The notes beneath the pieces were generated by a model. It saw only the letters and a list, made by a program, of their open reading frames with translations, made no database searches and had not been told where the DNA came from. Shown here piece by piece: positions 28,502-40,468 of a stretch of DNA of 64,000 nucleotides (position 1 is the stretch's first letter; every line of letters begins with the position of its first letter). Both the position numbers and the translations under genes were made by a program. The stretch is from Bdellovibrionota bacterium FG-1 (GTDB taxonomy: Bacteria; Bdellovibrionota; UBA1018), in the NCBI GenBank assembly GCA_051382295.1, contig JBBCAW010000012.1, positions 161,983 to 225,982 of the forward strand. The letters run 5' to 3'.

Positions 28502-29200
28502 ATGTTGATCAGGTCTTCATCTTTGCATGTTCCAGCGGATCTTGTTCGTCCTGATTTAGTGGGTTTTTCGGGTATGTTCGAAGCGCAGGGGCAATCGCCC
28601 CAAGCGAACTATATCCCTAACCCCATTGTCGTTGAACAAACGGCGCGCGGTGAACGTCAATACGATATCTATTCACGGTTATTGTTAGATCGTATCGTTT
28701 TTCTTGGGACTGAGGTCAATGATACGGTTGCAAATCTACTGGTGGCGCAGATGTTCTTTTTGGAGTCATCCGATCCCGACAAAGATATCCATATGTATAT
28801 TAACTCTCCAGGGGGCTCTGTTTACGCCGGCCTGGGAATTTACGATGTGATGCAATTTATTAAGTGTGATGTCAGTACTTATTGCATCGGAATGGCGGCT
28901 AGTATGGGGGCATTGCTCTTGACTGCAGGAGCTCATGGCAAGCGTTTCAGCATGCCACATTCCCGAATCATGATTCACCAACCTTTGGGTGGCGCAAAAG
29001 GGCAGGCCTCCGATATTGAAATTCAAGCCAGAGAGATTCTTTACTTGAAGGAACGTTTGAATGCGATCTTGTCGCATCACACGGGTAAAACCATGGATCA
29101 GGTTCGAAAGGATACGGACCGGGATAATTACCTTTCTGGTAAAGAAGCGGTTGAATATGGCTTGATTGATAAAGTGGTCGAGAAGCGCGTATCGGCTTGA
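28502..29200 (+). CDS. clpP: ATP-dependent Clp protease proteolytic subunit
   Basis: [42 protein letters not shown]. Confidence 0.98.
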   Translation: MLIRSSSLHVPADLVRPDLVGFSGMFEAQGQSPQANYIPNPIVVEQTARGERQYDIYSRLLLDRIVFLGTEVNDTVANLLVAQMFFLESSDPDKDIHMYINSPGGSVYAGLGIYDVMQFIKCDVSTYCIGMAASMGALLLTAGAHGKRFSMPHSRIMIHQPLGGAKGQASDIEIQAREILYLKERLNAILSHHTGKTMDQVRKDTDRDNYLSGKEAVEYGLIDKVVEKRVSA

Positions 29201-29235
29201 GCAGGTAAGCATTAGGACCAAGAGAAGGGAAAACT

Positions 29236-30558
29236 ATGGACGGAAGAAAATACGGCGACGGATTTGGTAATCTCTGCTGTTCGTTTTGTGGAAAAAATCA
29301 GCGGGAAGTCAAAAAACTTATTGCCGGTCCCACAGTCTATATTTGTGATGAATGCATCGAGCTTTGTAATGACATTATCGCAGAAGAGGGTCAAAAAGAA
29401 TCCCCTGCTCGGGCCGGGCAAAGTATACCTAAGCCGGCAGAAATAAAGGGAATTTTGGACCAATATGTGATTGGCCAAGAACGTGCCAAACGGGTCCTTT
29501 CCGTGGCTGTTTATAATCATTACAAACGGGTGCAGCACCAAGGCGAGAAGAAGGGAACAGGCAAGGAAAAGGATGCAATCGAGCTTCAAAAAAGCAATAT
29601 CATGCTGATTGGTCCGACGGGATCCGGCAAAACGCTTCTTGCTCAAACCTTGGCTAAACTTTTGAATGTGCCCTTTGCAATGGCGGACGCGACGACTCTG
29701 ACCGAAGCGGGTTATGTGGGCGAAGACGTTGAGAACATCATTTTGAACTTGCTGCAGGCCTGCGATAACAACGTCGAGCGTGCTCAAAAAGGGATTGTCT
29801 ATATCGACGAAGTTGATAAAATTTCGAGGAAAAGTGAAAATCCATCGATCACCCGTGATGTCAGTGGCGAAGGCGTTCAACAGGCTCTTCTTAAGATTAT
29901 TGAAGGCACGATAGCGAATGTTCCTCCTAAGGGGGGGCGTAAGCATCCTCAGCAAGAGTTTGTGCAGGTGGATACCTCAAATATCTTGTTTATTTGCGGC
30001 GGTGCCTTTGTGGGCCTCGATAAAATTGTGGCCATGCGTAAAGGCAAACGAAGTTTGGGGCTTTCGGCCACGATTACTTCAAAAGCCGATGAAAACATCT
30101 CCAGACTCTTGGCTCAGGTAGAGCCTGAGGATCTGATCAAGTTCGGTTTGATTCCGGAATTCATTGGTCGTTTGCCAATTATTGCGACACTAGAAGAGTT
30201 GGATGAAGCCGCGTTGATTGAGATCCTGACTAAACCCAAGAATGCTCTTGTTAAGCAATACGCCAAACTTTTTGAGTACGATGATGTGGGCCTTGAGTTT
30301 GAGCCGGACGCTCTAGTGGCGATAGCCAAGGAGGCTATTAAGCGTAACACCGGGGCCCGTGGATTACGCGCCATCCTCGAGCAGTCGATGCTTGAGGTGA
30401 TGTATGAGTTGCCTACCCGTACTAATGTCAAAAAATGTATTGTGAATAAAGATGTGATCCTTAAACATCAGAAGCCTACTTTTATTTTTTCTGATGGAAC
30501 TTCGGATCATGCAGGTCAAATTCCTAAAACTGGATCCGAAAAAGCGGAAATCGCCTAG
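29236..30558 (+). CDS. clpX: Clp protease ATP-binding subunit
   Basis: CSFC..CDEC zinc finger, [22 protein letters not shown] loop. Confidence 0.99.
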   Translation: MDGRKYGDGFGNLCCSFCGKNQREVKKLIAGPTVYICDECIELCNDIIAEEGQKESPARAGQSIPKPAEIKGILDQYVIGQERAKRVLSVAVYNHYKRVQHQGEKKGTGKEKDAIELQKSNIMLIGPTGSGKTLLAQTLAKLLNVPFAMADATTLTEAGYVGEDVENIILNLLQACDNNVERAQKGIVYIDEVDKISRKSENPSITRDVSGEGVQQALLKIIEGTIANVPPKGGRKHPQQEFVQVDTSNILFICGGAFVGLDKIVAMRKGKRSLGLSATITSKADENISRLLAQVEPEDLIKFGLIPEFIGRLPIIATLEELDEAALIEILTKPKNALVKQYAKLFEYDDVGLEFEPDALVAIAKEAIKRNTGARGLRAILEQSMLEVMYELPTRTNVKKCIVNKDVILKHQKPTFIFSDGTSDHAGQIPKTGSEKAEIA

Positions 30559-30598
30559 TTGAGTAGGGAAGAGTTTTCAAGCGTTCCTCCGACCGAAA

Positions 30599-30640
30599 AC
30601 AGATGCCATTGGGGCCGAGTCCCGATGGCATCTGTGTTTA
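30599..30640 (+). terminator. Intrinsic terminator-like hairpin after clpX
   Basis: ACAGATGCCATTGGG/CCCGATGGCATCTGT 15-bp stem followed by GTTT. Confidence 0.65.
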
Positions 30641-30852
30641 GAAGCCGCGATCGCTCAGAGTGAAAAAATCATCCAAAAAAAACGCTAAATAAATAAAAAA
30701 ATTGATCTTTATAAGTGCTTGTAATTCAAGGTAAATTTACTGTTCGGCAAAAGTTTCGCGTTTGCAGTCCACTTTGAGCTGTGTTGTAGTTGAAGTAAGG
30801 GACCGCTGAAATGCAGCGTTCACCGTATTCTCCTAAGGAAGGGGCTAGCGAA

Positions 30853-33426
30853 ATGAGCAAAGAATCTAAGGATAATAAAAAGCAGACGAAGATGGCGGTT
30901 CCATTGCTTCCTCTTCGCGACGTGATTATTTTTCCCCACATGGTGGTTCCGCTTTTTGTAGGACGTGAAAAGTCCATTAATGCGCTTGAAGAGTGCGTGA
31001 ACAAGAAGTTGGATCTTTTTTTGGTGGCTCAACGACAAGCTACGACGGTGAGCCCGGGCGAGAAAGATATTTTTGAAGTGGGAACGTTGGCTACGATTTT
31101 GCAGATTTTGCGATTGCCTGACAACACCGTCAAAGTGCTGATCGAAGGCAAAAGACGCGCCCGAATAGTTGAATACCGTGAAAATGACCGGATGATTGAG
31201 GCTTTGGTCGAAGAGGTCACTGACGTCGTTGAGGGGGGGATTGAAGTCGAAGCTCTCATTCGATCTTTGAAAGGGACGTTCGAAAATTACGTTAAGCTCA
31301 ATAAGCGAATTCCTCCTGAAATGTTGATGAGCGTCAATACGATTGACGATCCGTCGCGGTTGGCGGATCTCATCGTTGCTCACCTCAATCTTAAGCTTGA
31401 GGATAAGCAAGAGATTTTGGAAATTTCAGATCCTGCCAAGCGCCTTGAAAAGCTATTACAGCTGATGCAGGGGGAGATTGAAATTCTGCAAGTCGAACGG
31501 CGAATTCGTTCACGAGTCAAGAAGCAGATGGAACGCTCGCAAAAGGAGTATTACCTCAACGAGCAAATGCAGGCGATCCAGAAGGAGTTAGGGGAAAAGG
31601 ACGAGTTTAAGGCCGAATTACAGGCCATTGAAAAACAAATTCGGACCAAGCCGCTGAGTAAAGAGGCCAAAGAGAAAGCTACGCGCGAACTCAAAAAGCT
31701 CAAGATGATGTCTCCGATGTCGGCCGAGGCGACCGTGGTTCGCAATTACATTGACTGGTTGATTACTCTTCCTTGGGGGGAAATGACTCCCGATCGAAAT
31801 GATATCAAGCTAGCCGAAGCCGTGCTCGAAGATGATCACTATGGTCTTGAGGACGTCAAAGAGCGTATTTTGGAGTATCTGGCGGTGCGTACGCTGACTG
31901 ATAATGCGAAAGGTCAGATTATTTGCTTTGCGGGACCTCCGGGAGTGGGAAAAACCTCCCTGGCAAAATCGATCGCTAAGTCTCTGAGTAAAAAATTCGT
32001 GCGCTGCTCTTTGGGTGGGGTTCGGGACGAAGCTGAGATTCGAGGTCATCGGCGCACTTATGTGGGCGCGTTGCCCGGCAAGATCATTCAATCGCTCAAG
32101 AAAGCGGGGTCGTCTAATCCGGTGTTTCTGCTCGACGAAGTTGATAAAATGAGCACGGATTTTCGGGGTGACCCGTCATCGGCGCTGCTTGAAGTTTTAG
32201 ATCCGGAGCAGAATGTGGCTTTTGGGGACCACTATCTCGAAGTAGATTATGATCTTTCTAAAGTGATGTTTGTGCTGACGGCGAATAACCTTCACACGAT
32301 TCCGAGGCCTTTGCTGGATCGTATGGAAGTCATCACGATCAGCGGGTATACTGAGGTCGAAAAATTTAATATTGGTAAAAAATACCTTATTGGTAAGCAG
32401 ATGGAGTTGCACGGACTGAAGCCTACCGAATTTGAAATTTCGGACGAGACGGTTTATTCGTTGATTCGTAATTATACCCGAGAAGCAGGGGTTCGTGGTC
32501 TCGAGCGAGCGGTAGCGACAGTGTGTCGAAAAGTGGCCAAGAAGATCGTTGAGCGCCGGGGCGCTGGCGCGGCTACCGAAATACCTGTGGCTGTAGTTGG
32601 TAAACTCAATAAAGTTGCAAAATTGCCCGATAGACCGGCTAAAATTTCGGAAAAAGCGGCGGTCGTTCATGCCAGTGTGGTGGCCGGCCCTATAGGGGGG
32701 TTGATTCGGGTTGAGGCAGCTGATTTGGAAGAGATGCTTGGGCCTCCCAAGTATACCAGTGGCAAAGTTGAGGAGCAAAGTGAGGTGGGGTTGACCAATG
32801 GTCTAGCCTACACTGAAGCCGGTGGTGACCTCCTGCAGATCGAGGTGAGTGTTTTGCCCGGCAAAGGAAATATCAAAATCACCGGAAAACTGGGCGAGGT
32901 GATGCAGGAATCAGCGGCAACGGCTTGGAGTTATGTCAGGTCGCGAGCGCACTTGCTAGGTTTGGCCCAGGATTTCTACCAAAATATTGATATTCATTTG
33001 CATGTGCCCGAAGGTGCGGTTCCTAAGGATGGTCCATCCGCGGGGATCACTATGGCTACAGCTATCACCAGCGCTTTAACCAAGATTCCGGTTAGGCGCG
33101 ATGTGGCAATGACTGGCGAAATTACGTTACGGGGCCGTGTCCTTCCCATTGGCGGCTTAAAAGAAAAGCTCTTGGCCGCAAGAATTGGGGAGATTAAGAC
33201 CGTTTTAATCCCCAAAGGTAATGTGCCAGACATGAAGAAAATCACTAAGGAGATCACTCAGGGGATGAAGATCATTCCAGTGGAACACGCGGATCAGGTG
33301 TTGCGTTTGGCACTCGAGCTTGAAAACCCCGAGGAGTTTTTGATGCGTAAGGGGATTGGCGAAATGGCGATTCCTTTGGTTGAAAAGACACCTATTGAAA
33401 AAGGTAGCGGAAGCGTGCGGCACTAG
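30853..33426 (+). CDS. lon: Lon protease
   Basis: [45 protein letters not shown]. Confidence 0.99.
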   Translation: MSKESKDNKKQTKMAVPLLPLRDVIIFPHMVVPLFVGREKSINALEECVNKKLDLFLVAQRQATTVSPGEKDIFEVGTLATILQILRLPDNTVKVLIEGKRRARIVEYRENDRMIEALVEEVTDVVEGGIEVEALIRSLKGTFENYVKLNKRIPPEMLMSVNTIDDPSRLADLIVAHLNLKLEDKQEILEISDPAKRLEKLLQLMQGEIEILQVERRIRSRVKKQMERSQKEYYLNEQMQAIQKELGEKDEFKAELQAIEKQIRTKPLSKEAKEKATRELKKLKMMSPMSAEATVVRNYIDWLITLPWGEMTPDRNDIKLAEAVLEDDHYGLEDVKERILEYLAVRTLTDNAKGQIICFAGPPGVGKTSLAKSIAKSLSKKFVRCSLGGVRDEAEIRGHRRTYVGALPGKIIQSLKKAGSSNPVFLLDEVDKMSTDFRGDPSSALLEVLDPEQNVAFGDHYLEVDYDLSKVMFVLTANNLHTIPRPLLDRMEVITISGYTEVEKFNIGKKYLIGKQMELHGLKPTEFEISDETVYSLIRNYTREAGVRGLERAVATVCRKVAKKIVERRGAGAATEIPVAVVGKLNKVAKLPDRPAKISEKAAVVHASVVAGPIGGLIRVEAADLEEMLGPPKYTSGKVEEQSEVGLTNGLAYTEAGGDLLQIEVSVLPGKGNIKITGKLGEVMQESAATAWSYVRSRAHLLGLAQDFYQNIDIHLHVPEGAVPKDGPSAGITMATAITSALTKIPVRRDVAMTGEITLRGRVLPIGGLKEKLLAARIGEIKTVLIPKGNVPDMKKITKEITQGMKIIPVEHADQVLRLALELENPEEFLMRKGIGEMAIPLVEKTPIEKGSGSVRH

Positions 33427-33443
33427 ATTTTTTTAATTCTTGC

Positions 33444-33472
33444 TTGACCCGCCACGCACAGTCGTCTATTTT
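33444..33472 (+). promoter_or_regulatory. Putative sigma70 promoter of the str/S10 cluster
   Basis: TTGACC-17-TATTTT with a T-rich upstream element. Confidence 0.55.
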
Positions 33473-33677
33473 CAGCATCCTTCACGATCTCGCGAAGCGC
33501 CTCTAATGGGCCAACTGAAAAGTTGCAACTGTTAAGGTTTTGTTTTTAAAGTGTTTTTTTGGATTTTGAAAAAGATTCGCCAAAAAAAGGTTGAATTTTT
33601 GTGGTTTGTACCTGAAATAGGTGCTTCACATTTTCAGAGAATTTAGGAAATTCAGGACAGGAAAGGAAGAGCAGTTC

Positions 33678-34076
33678 ATGCCGACGATTAACCAGCTCGT
33701 TCGCAAAGGGCGCGCAAATAAGATGTGGAAGACTAAGTCTCCCGCACTTGAAAGCTGCCCACAAAGACGCGGTGTTTGTACCCGCGTGTACACCACGACC
33801 CCCAAGAAGCCTAATTCGGCTCTCCGTAAGGTTTGTCGTGTGCGTTTGACGAATGGCTTTGAAGTGACGTCCTATATCCCCGGCGTCGGCCATAATCTCC
33901 AGGAACACTCTATTGTTCTCGTTCGTGGCGGTCGTGTGAAGGACCTGCCGGGTGTTCGTTATCATACGGTTCGCGGCACCCTGGATGCTCAAGGTGTGGC
34001 TAATCGCAAGCAAAGCCGTTCGAAGTATGGTACTAAACGCGCTTCCGGTGCGGCTGCGGCCACTGCTGCGAAATAA
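33678..34076 (+). CDS. rpsL: 30S ribosomal protein S12
   Basis: [27 protein letters not shown]. Confidence 0.99.
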   Translation: MPTINQLVRKGRANKMWKTKSPALESCPQRRGVCTRVYTTTPKKPNSALRKVCRVRLTNGFEVTSYIPGVGHNLQEHSIVLVRGGRVKDLPGVRYHTVRGTLDAQGVANRKQSRSKYGTKRASGAAAATAAK

Positions 34077-34101
34077 TTAGGAAATCAGAGGTTAAGATCA
34101 A

Positions 34102-34572
34102 ATGGGTCGTAAGAAATTTGTTCGTAAGCGTGAGATCCTCCCAGATCCAAAGTTTCATGACGTAGTTTGCGCTAAGTTTATTAGCAGCTTGCTCAAAGAA
34201 GGTAAGAAGTCCACCGCCGAAGCCATTTTCTATGGCTGCGTAGATGTGATGCAAGACCGTACGGGCGAAGAAGGATTGAAACTTTTTAAAAAGGCGCTGG
34301 AAAACGTAAAGCCTTTGCTTGAAGTGAAGTCCCGTCGTGTCGGTGGCGCTACTTATCAGGTTCCCGTAGAAGTGAAGCCTGCTCGTCGGCAGTCTTTGGC
34401 TTCTCGCTGGCTGATTGAATCAGCCCGTGGTCGTCCGGAACATTCGATGGCCGAGCGACTCGCCGCTGAGATGATCGAAGCAGCGAATGGTCGCGGTGGC
34501 GCCATGAAGAAGCGTGAAGACGTGCATAAGATGGCTGACGCGAATAAAGCATTCGCGCACTATCGCTGGTAA
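34102..34572 (+). CDS. rpsG: 30S ribosomal protein S7
   Basis: [22 protein letters not shown]. Confidence 0.99.
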   Translation: MGRKKFVRKREILPDPKFHDVVCAKFISSLLKEGKKSTAEAIFYGCVDVMQDRTGEEGLKLFKKALENVKPLLEVKSRRVGGATYQVPVEVKPARRQSLASRWLIESARGRPEHSMAERLAAEMIEAANGRGGAMKKREDVHKMADANKAFAHYRW

Positions 34573-34596
34573 TTTAGACAAATTCTTAATAGAAAT

Positions 34597-34642
34597 GAAG
34601 TCCCGCTCATGCGCTGGTGCGCTGATGCGGGACTTCGCTTTT
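34597..34642 (+). terminator. Hairpin between rpsG and fusA (terminator/attenuator-like)
   Basis: GAAGTCCCGC/GCGGGACTTC stem followed by GCTTTT. Confidence 0.55.
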
Positions 34643-34670
34643 GTAGGGTCTTAATCCAGGGAAAAAGTAT

Positions 34671-36761
34671 ATGGCGGAAGAATCCAATCTCGAGCAGATC
34701 CGAAATATAGGCATCATGGCCCATATTGATGCGGGCAAGACGACAACCACGGAGCGGATTCTTTACTATACAGGCAAGACTCACAAAATGGGAGAAGTCC
34801 ACGATGGTAACACCATTATGGATTGGATGCCGCAGGAGCAGGAGCGAGGGATTACGATCACTTCGGCGGCGACTACCTGTTTTTGGCGTAAGCACCGTAT
34901 CAATATTATCGATACCCCGGGGCACGTTGATTTCACCATCGAAGTCGAAAGGTCCTTGCGTGTACTCGACGGCGCGGTCGGGGTGTTTTCTGCCGTGGAG
35001 GGCGTTGAGCCTCAATCCGAAACAGTTTGGCGTCAGGCGAATAAGTACCACGTACCCCGCTTGGCTTTTGCTAATAAAATGGACCGTGTGGGAGCTGACT
35101 TTATTGAACTGCTTTCTCAAATGCGTAAAAAGCTCGGCGCAAACCCAGTGGCGATTCAGCTTCCTTGGGGTGCGGCGGAGACTTTTGTTGGTGTTTTAGA
35201 TCTGGTTGAGATGAAGGGTTTGCGCTGGAGTGGGGATAAAGATGATACAGCTTGCCTGGTTGTGGATATTCCTGCTGAGTTTTTTGATGAAGTGGCCACA
35301 TATCGCGACAAACTTTTGGAGGCGGTGGCTGAATGTGATGAAACTTTGATGGAAAAGTACGTGGGAGGCGAGCCGGTATCAGCTTCGGAGCTTCGCGCTG
35401 GGATCCGTAAAGGTTGTGTCAGTCTAAAATTTGTACCTGTGCTTTGTGGGTCGAGCTTCAAGAATAAAGGAGTTCAGCCGCTTTTGGACGCGATTGTGGA
35501 TTTCTTGCCATCACCACTCGATGTGCCGTCGGTTGAAGGCAAAGATCCACGGGATGAAGAAAAAATTCTTACTCGGCATCCTGATATTCAGGAGCCGTTC
35601 GCAGCCCTCGCTTTCAAGATTCAGAATGATCCCTATGTCGGACAGTTGACCTATTTTAGAGTTTATTCCGGAAAAATCGAGGCTGGCGAAATGGTCTTCA
35701 ATGCGGCCAAGGGAAAGCGAGAACGAATCAGTCGTTTGCTGCAAATGCACGCCAATAAACGTGAGGATATTCAGGTCGTGAAGGCGGGGGATATTGCTGC
35801 TACGGTGGGGCTGCGTTTTACTACCACCGGAGATACCCTTTGCAACGAAGGTAAGCCCATTCTACTGGAGAAGATGGATTTTCCGGAACCTGTCATTTCA
35901 ATTGCTATTGAGCCAAAAACAAAAGCGGATGAGGAAAAGCTTTTGGGAGCTCTGGATAAGTTGGCCATGGAAGATCCCTCGTTCCGTGTAACAATCAATG
36001 CTGATACCGGACAAACGCTGATCAGTGGCATGGGAGAATTGCATCTTGAAATTATCGTGGATCGAATGAAACGAGAGTTCAAGGTGGAGGGTAATGTCGG
36101 AAAACCTCAGGTCGCCTATAAGGAAACGATTTCAGTGTCGGCCAAGGCAGAAGGAAAGTTCGTGCGGCAGGCAGCCGGTAAGAATCAATATGGTCACTGC
36201 GTGATTCAGTTGGATCCCCTCAAAAAGGGCGAGGGCTATCAATTTATCAATAAATTGGCGTCAGGGGTGATTCCGAAAGAGTTTATTGCTGCAATTGATA
36301 AGGGAATAAAAGAATCCATGCTCGGTGGAATTATTGCTGGTTATCCGGCCACTGATTTGCGCGCGACTCTTTGGGATGGTTCTTTTAATGAAACAGATTC
36401 AACGGAGGTTGCATATAAAATTGCGGCCTCCATGGCTTTCAAAGATGCGGCTCGGGCTGCGCGACCCGTTATTCTAGAGCCTGTCATGTTGTGTGAGGTT
36501 GTCTGTCCAGATGATTACATGGGCGGTGTCATCGGCGATTTAAATAGCCGACGTGGAAAAATATTAAACATGACGAGTCGTCACGGACTTCAGATCATTA
36601 AGGCGGAGGTGCCGCTTTCGACGATGTTCGGGTATTCGACTGCGGTCAGGTCTTCGTCGCAAGGTCGCGCGACCTTTACCATGGAGTTTGCGAGTTATGA
36701 GCCTGTTACGTCCCAGGTGGCTGAGGAAATCAAACTGAGGGCTGGGGTAATTTCGGTTTAG
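34671..36761 (+). CDS. fusA: Elongation factor G (divergent domain IV)
   Basis: [35 protein letters not shown]. Confidence 0.98.
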   Translation: MAEESNLEQIRNIGIMAHIDAGKTTTTERILYYTGKTHKMGEVHDGNTIMDWMPQEQERGITITSAATTCFWRKHRINIIDTPGHVDFTIEVERSLRVLDGAVGVFSAVEGVEPQSETVWRQANKYHVPRLAFANKMDRVGADFIELLSQMRKKLGANPVAIQLPWGAAETFVGVLDLVEMKGLRWSGDKDDTACLVVDIPAEFFDEVATYRDKLLEAVAECDETLMEKYVGGEPVSASELRAGIRKGCVSLKFVPVLCGSSFKNKGVQPLLDAIVDFLPSPLDVPSVEGKDPRDEEKILTRHPDIQEPFAALAFKIQNDPYVGQLTYFRVYSGKIEAGEMVFNAAKGKRERISRLLQMHANKREDIQVVKAGDIAATVGLRFTTTGDTLCNEGKPILLEKMDFPEPVISIAIEPKTKADEEKLLGALDKLAMEDPSFRVTINADTGQTLISGMGELHLEIIVDRMKREFKVEGNVGKPQVAYKETISVSAKAEGKFVRQAAGKNQYGHCVIQLDPLKKGEGYQFINKLASGVIPKEFIAAIDKGIKESMLGGIIAGYPATDLRATLWDGSFNETDSTEVAYKIAASMAFKDAARAARPVILEPVMLCEVVCPDDYMGGVIGDLNSRRGKILNMTSRHGLQIIKAEVPLSTMFGYSTAVRSSSQGRATFTMEFASYEPVTSQVAEEIKLRAGVISV

Positions 36762-37001
36762 GGTCGGAGCAGAGACTTCAGTTTCTTGTTTTGTTTTTTT
36801 GTGATTGTTTTTGCTGAATGCGCCCTGTATACGCTTTGTTCTTCAAATTGTTTGGGTGCCTCCTTAAAATGGGGCTTTTATTGAACTGACGCTTTGGGAG
36901 AGATTGCTTGGCCGAGTTCACATTGCGGCTGAGGTAACTCCCCGAAAAAACAGGAGAATTATTTAAAATAATTCTCCTTACGTAACTGAGGAGATGTGAA
37001 A

Positions 37002-37313
37002 ATGGCAATAGAACACAAGATTCGCATTAAGTTAAAAGCTTTTGATCATCACGTTCTCGATCAATCTGTTTGGGAAATCGTGAATACGGCGAAAAGGACT
37101 GGGGCGACAGTTCGTGGACCGATTCCTCTTCCAACCGTGATTAATAAGTATTGCGTTCTACGTTCTCCGCATGTAGATAAGAAATCCCGCGAACAGTTCG
37201 AAGTTCGGACTCATAAGCGGCTTTTAGATATCCTCGAACCGACTCAGCAAACTGTCGACTCTTTGATGAAGCTCGATTTGTCTGCCGGGGTGGACGTGGA
37301 GATCAAGTCCTAA
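37002..37313 (+). CDS. rpsJ: 30S ribosomal protein S10
   Basis: [31 protein letters not shown]. Confidence 0.99.
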   Translation: MAIEHKIRIKLKAFDHHVLDQSVWEIVNTAKRTGATVRGPIPLPTVINKYCVLRSPHVDKKSREQFEVRTHKRLLDILEPTQQTVDSLMKLDLSAGVDVEIKS

Positions 37314-37570
37314 CCATCTCCCAACGATGGCGGTGGACTTAGCCGATATAGTGTTCATTTATTGTGAATGTTGTATAGGTGGCCTTGAGGAGCGATTCGA
37401 TACTATCTGCTGCAGCGTGATTTTACGTTCCCAGTGGGAAAGTCGAAAAGCTTAGCGACCGGCACATGAAAGCATCCGGCGGCCTAGAATCCGATTTCTC
37501 AGGTGGCTTCCCGGTGATGCTGTGAAGACGGTTCGTCAGATTGAAAAGTAAGAGGCGAAAAATTTCGCCT
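37305..37570 (+). ncRNA. Candidate structured RNA in the rpsJ-rplC spacer
   Basis: Hand-folded helices cover most of the ~270-nt spacer; no family recognised. Confidence 0.45.
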
Positions 37571-37582
37571 TTGGAGAGTAAA

Positions 37583-38338
37583 ATGGAACAGAAGCCTGAG
37601 GCACAAAAGGCAAACGCGGCTGAAACCGTGGCGTCTAGTGCTGCAATTAAAACAGTTCGCGAGCTAGTGGCCTTGGCTACTAAGCGGGGCGGCGTCTTAG
37701 GGGTTAAGGCGGGGATGACCCAGGTTTATGCGGAAAACGGCGATGCTTTGGCTGTTACCGTGATCGATTTAAAGCCGGCGGTAATTACCCAAATTAAGAC
37801 CAAAGATAATGATGGGTATCAAGCCGTTCAAGTTGGTTTTCTGGAGAAAAAGGCTAAGGCTGCAACTAAACCGGAACAGGGACATGCAAAGGCAGTTGGT
37901 GCGCCTGGTTTTTATCATTATCAAGAATTTCGTTTTGGGGCCGGTGAGCAGCTTTCTGGTTTGACCGTCGGCAAGGTCCTTTCTGCGGATTTTGTTAAAC
38001 CAGGGGATCTGGTTGACGTGACTGCTGAAAGCAAGGGCAAGGGTTTTCAGGGTGTCATTAAACGGTATCATTTCGCCGGTGGTTTTAAGACCCATGGTGC
38101 ATCGCTGGTTCATCGCTCACTTGGATCTATCGGTAATCGTGCTGATCCAGGTCGCGTATTTCCTGGTAAAAAGATGGCCGGTAACATGGGTCATGAACAG
38201 GTGACTGTTCAGAACGTCAGGGTGGTTGCTGTAGACGTCGAGAATCAGCTCCTCCTGGTGCATGGAAGTGTTCCAGGTCCTCGCAGTGGCATCGTGACTG
38301 TTCAAAAAGCGGTCAAGACTGCGAATAAGGTGAGGTGA
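37583..38338 (+). CDS. rplC: 50S ribosomal protein L3 (N-terminal extension)
   Basis: LGVKAGMTQ, DGYQAVQ, SKGKGFQGVIKR, KKMAG. Confidence 0.98.
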   Translation: MEQKPEAQKANAAETVASSAAIKTVRELVALATKRGGVLGVKAGMTQVYAENGDALAVTVIDLKPAVITQIKTKDNDGYQAVQVGFLEKKAKAATKPEQGHAKAVGAPGFYHYQEFRFGAGEQLSGLTVGKVLSADFVKPGDLVDVTAESKGKGFQGVIKRYHFAGGFKTHGASLVHRSLGSIGNRADPGRVFPGKKMAGNMGHEQVTVQNVRVVAVDVENQLLLVHGSVPGPRSGIVTVQKAVKTANKVR

Positions 38339-38341
38339 TAT

Positions 38342-38968
38342 ATGCCTACTTTGGATTTATTTAATCAAGAGAAGAAGAAGGTCGGAACGATTCAGCTACG
38401 GGACGACGTGTTTGCAGTAGATGTCAACGTGGCTCTAGTTCATCAAGTGATTAAGGCGCAGCTTGCCGGTAGACGTCGAGGGACGGCCAAGACTAAGACT
38501 AAGTCTGAAGTTCGAGGCGGTGGCCGTAAACCGTTTAAGCAGAAGGGGACAGGGAATGCTCGACAGGGTTCCACCCGTTCTCCGCTTAATCCGGGTGGTG
38601 GTCAGAGTTTTGGTCCGGTTCCAAGGTCTTATGAACAGGCAACACCAAAAGAAATGATGCGTGGTGCTTTGCGTTCAGCTCTCAGCGATCGGGTTAAAGC
38701 TGGTCATGTTGTTGTGGTGGATGAATTTAAGATCGCTCAGGTGAAAACTAAAGCTTTGAGTGAGCTGATCAAAGACAAGCTGCAGTTGGATAAAGTATTG
38801 ATCGTGGACGATGCGAATAAAAATCTGGAGCTTTCGGGGCGTAATATCCCGAAGGTGAAGATTCTTCGCACTGAGGGCCTCAATGTGTACGACATTGTTC
38901 GTTACGATTGGGTGGTTATCACGAAACGTGCTGTAGAGGCGGTCGAGAGCCGTCTTGCAACGAGCTGA
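38342..38968 (+). CDS. rplD: 50S ribosomal protein L4
   Basis: EVRGGGRKPFKQKGTGNARQGS. Confidence 0.99.
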   Translation: MPTLDLFNQEKKKVGTIQLRDDVFAVDVNVALVHQVIKAQLAGRRRGTAKTKTKSEVRGGGRKPFKQKGTGNARQGSTRSPLNPGGGQSFGPVPRSYEQATPKEMMRGALRSALSDRVKAGHVVVVDEFKIAQVKTKALSELIKDKLQLDKVLIVDDANKNLELSGRNIPKVKILRTEGLNVYDIVRYDWVVITKRAVEAVESRLATS

Positions 38969-38979
38969 GGTGAGGGACT

Positions 38980-39270
38980 ATGCGTAACGTTTACGATGTA
39001 ATTCAAAGGCCGATTATCAGCGAAAAAAGTACTGCTCTCGCTGAAGTGGGCAATCGGTACGCCTTTCAAGTGGCTACGCAAGCCAATAAGCAGGAGATCC
39101 GTGATGCGGTTCAACGCTTGTTCAATGTGAAGGTACGGAAGGTGCACACCATGCTCGTGCATGGAAAGGTCAAGCGCGTTGGTCGTTTTGAAACGAAACG
39201 CCCTAACTGGAAGAAGGCATTTGTGACTTTGGCTGAAGGCCAAAAGATCGACTTCTTTCAAACGAAGTGA
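38980..39270 (+). CDS. rplW: 50S ribosomal protein L23
   Basis: PIISEKS, ANKQEI, WKKAFVTL. Confidence 0.99.
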   Translation: MRNVYDVIQRPIISEKSTALAEVGNRYAFQVATQANKQEIRDAVQRLFNVKVRKVHTMLVHGKVKRVGRFETKRPNWKKAFVTLAEGQKIDFFQTK

Positions 39271-39278
39271 GATGAACC

Positions 39279-40112
39279 ATGGCAACTAAATCCTTTAAAC
39301 CAACGACTCCGTCGCTTCGTTATAAGACCGTGGCGGATTTCTCGGTTCTCACGCCGAAGAAGGCCCAACCGTCGCGCCCTCGGAAGCTGGTAGGCGGCGC
39401 TGTTAAGTCAGGGGGTCGAAACGTTTTCGGCCGGATGACTGTCAGGCACATTGGTGGTGGTCATAAGCGCAAGTACCGTGTGGTTGACTTTGCGCGAGAT
39501 AAGCGTGAGATCCCCGCTAAGGTTATTTCTGTAGAGTATGATCCAAATCGGACAGCTTATATCGCTCTGCTTGCTTACGCTGATGGCGAAAAACGTTATA
39601 TTATTGCCCCTTTGAATTTAAAGATTGGCGATCAGGTTTTTGCGAGCGATCAAGCTGATATTAAACCGGGTAATAACCTTTCACTTTCGGCTATCCCAGT
39701 GGGTACTTTGATTCACAATATTGAAGTCATTCCTGGACAGGGTGGAAAGCTAGCTCGATCGGCTGGTAATTATGCCCAGCTGATGGCAAAAGAGGGCGAA
39801 TACTGCCAGGTGAAGATGCCAAGCGGTGAAATTCGTCTCCTCCATGCTCGCTGTAGAGCATCTGTGGGTCAACTATCAAATACTGATCATGAGAATATCG
39901 CTATTGGTAAGGCGGGTCGATCTCGATGGCTTGGGATTCGTCCAACTAACCGCGGTGTTTCTATGAACCCGATTGACCATCCTCATGGGGGTGGCGAAGG
40001 GAAGAGCTCGGGTGGTGGTCATCCTCGGACGCCTTGGGGTGTTCCGACTAAGGGCTATAAAACTCGAAATAACAAGCGTACCGATGCTTTCATCGTCAAG
40101 CGTCGTAAGTAA
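39279..40112 (+). CDS. rplB: 50S ribosomal protein L2
   Basis: [20 protein letters not shown]. Confidence 0.99.
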   Translation: MATKSFKPTTPSLRYKTVADFSVLTPKKAQPSRPRKLVGGAVKSGGRNVFGRMTVRHIGGGHKRKYRVVDFARDKREIPAKVISVEYDPNRTAYIALLAYADGEKRYIIAPLNLKIGDQVFASDQADIKPGNNLSLSAIPVGTLIHNIEVIPGQGGKLARSAGNYAQLMAKEGEYCQVKMPSGEIRLLHARCRASVGQLSNTDHENIAIGKAGRSRWLGIRPTNRGVSMNPIDHPHGGGEGKSSGGGHPRTPWGVPTKGYKTRNNKRTDAFIVKRRK

Positions 40113-40124
40113 GGAGATTGAATC

Positions 40125-40454
40125 GTGGCACGTTCAATTAAAAAAGGCCCTTTTTGTGACGACCATCTGCTGAAGAAGGCTCAGGCTGCCCGCCAGAGTC
40201 AGAGTCGTCAGGTGATCAAGACCTGGTCGCGCCGTTCTACGGTGTTGCCGGACTTTGTGGGTTTAACGTTTGCTGTTCATAACGGCAAAAAGTTTATCCC
40301 AGTTTACGTGACCGAAAATATGGTTGGGCACAAGTTGGGTGAATTTGCCCTGACTCGTACCTTTCATGGTCATACCCCTGCCGATAAAAAGGCTGCTGCT
40401 GAGGGTGCTGCAAAACCTGCGGCAGCTGCTCCGGCTAAACCGGCAGCTAAGTGA
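40125..40454 (+). CDS. rpsS: 30S ribosomal protein S19
   Basis: [24 protein letters not shown]. Confidence 0.99.
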   Translation: MARSIKKGPFCDDHLLKKAQAARQSQSRQVIKTWSRRSTVLPDFVGLTFAVHNGKKFIPVYVTENMVGHKLGEFALTRTFHGHTPADKKAAAEGAAKPAAAAPAKPAAK

Positions 40455-40468
40455 GTGAGGATTGAGTA

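Noticed and set aside
37314..37582. SRP RNA, 6S RNA, tmRNA or tRNA
   Set aside because: No SRP helix-8 motif, tRNA-like ends, T-loop or CCA, and the fold is branched rather than a 6S-like rod.
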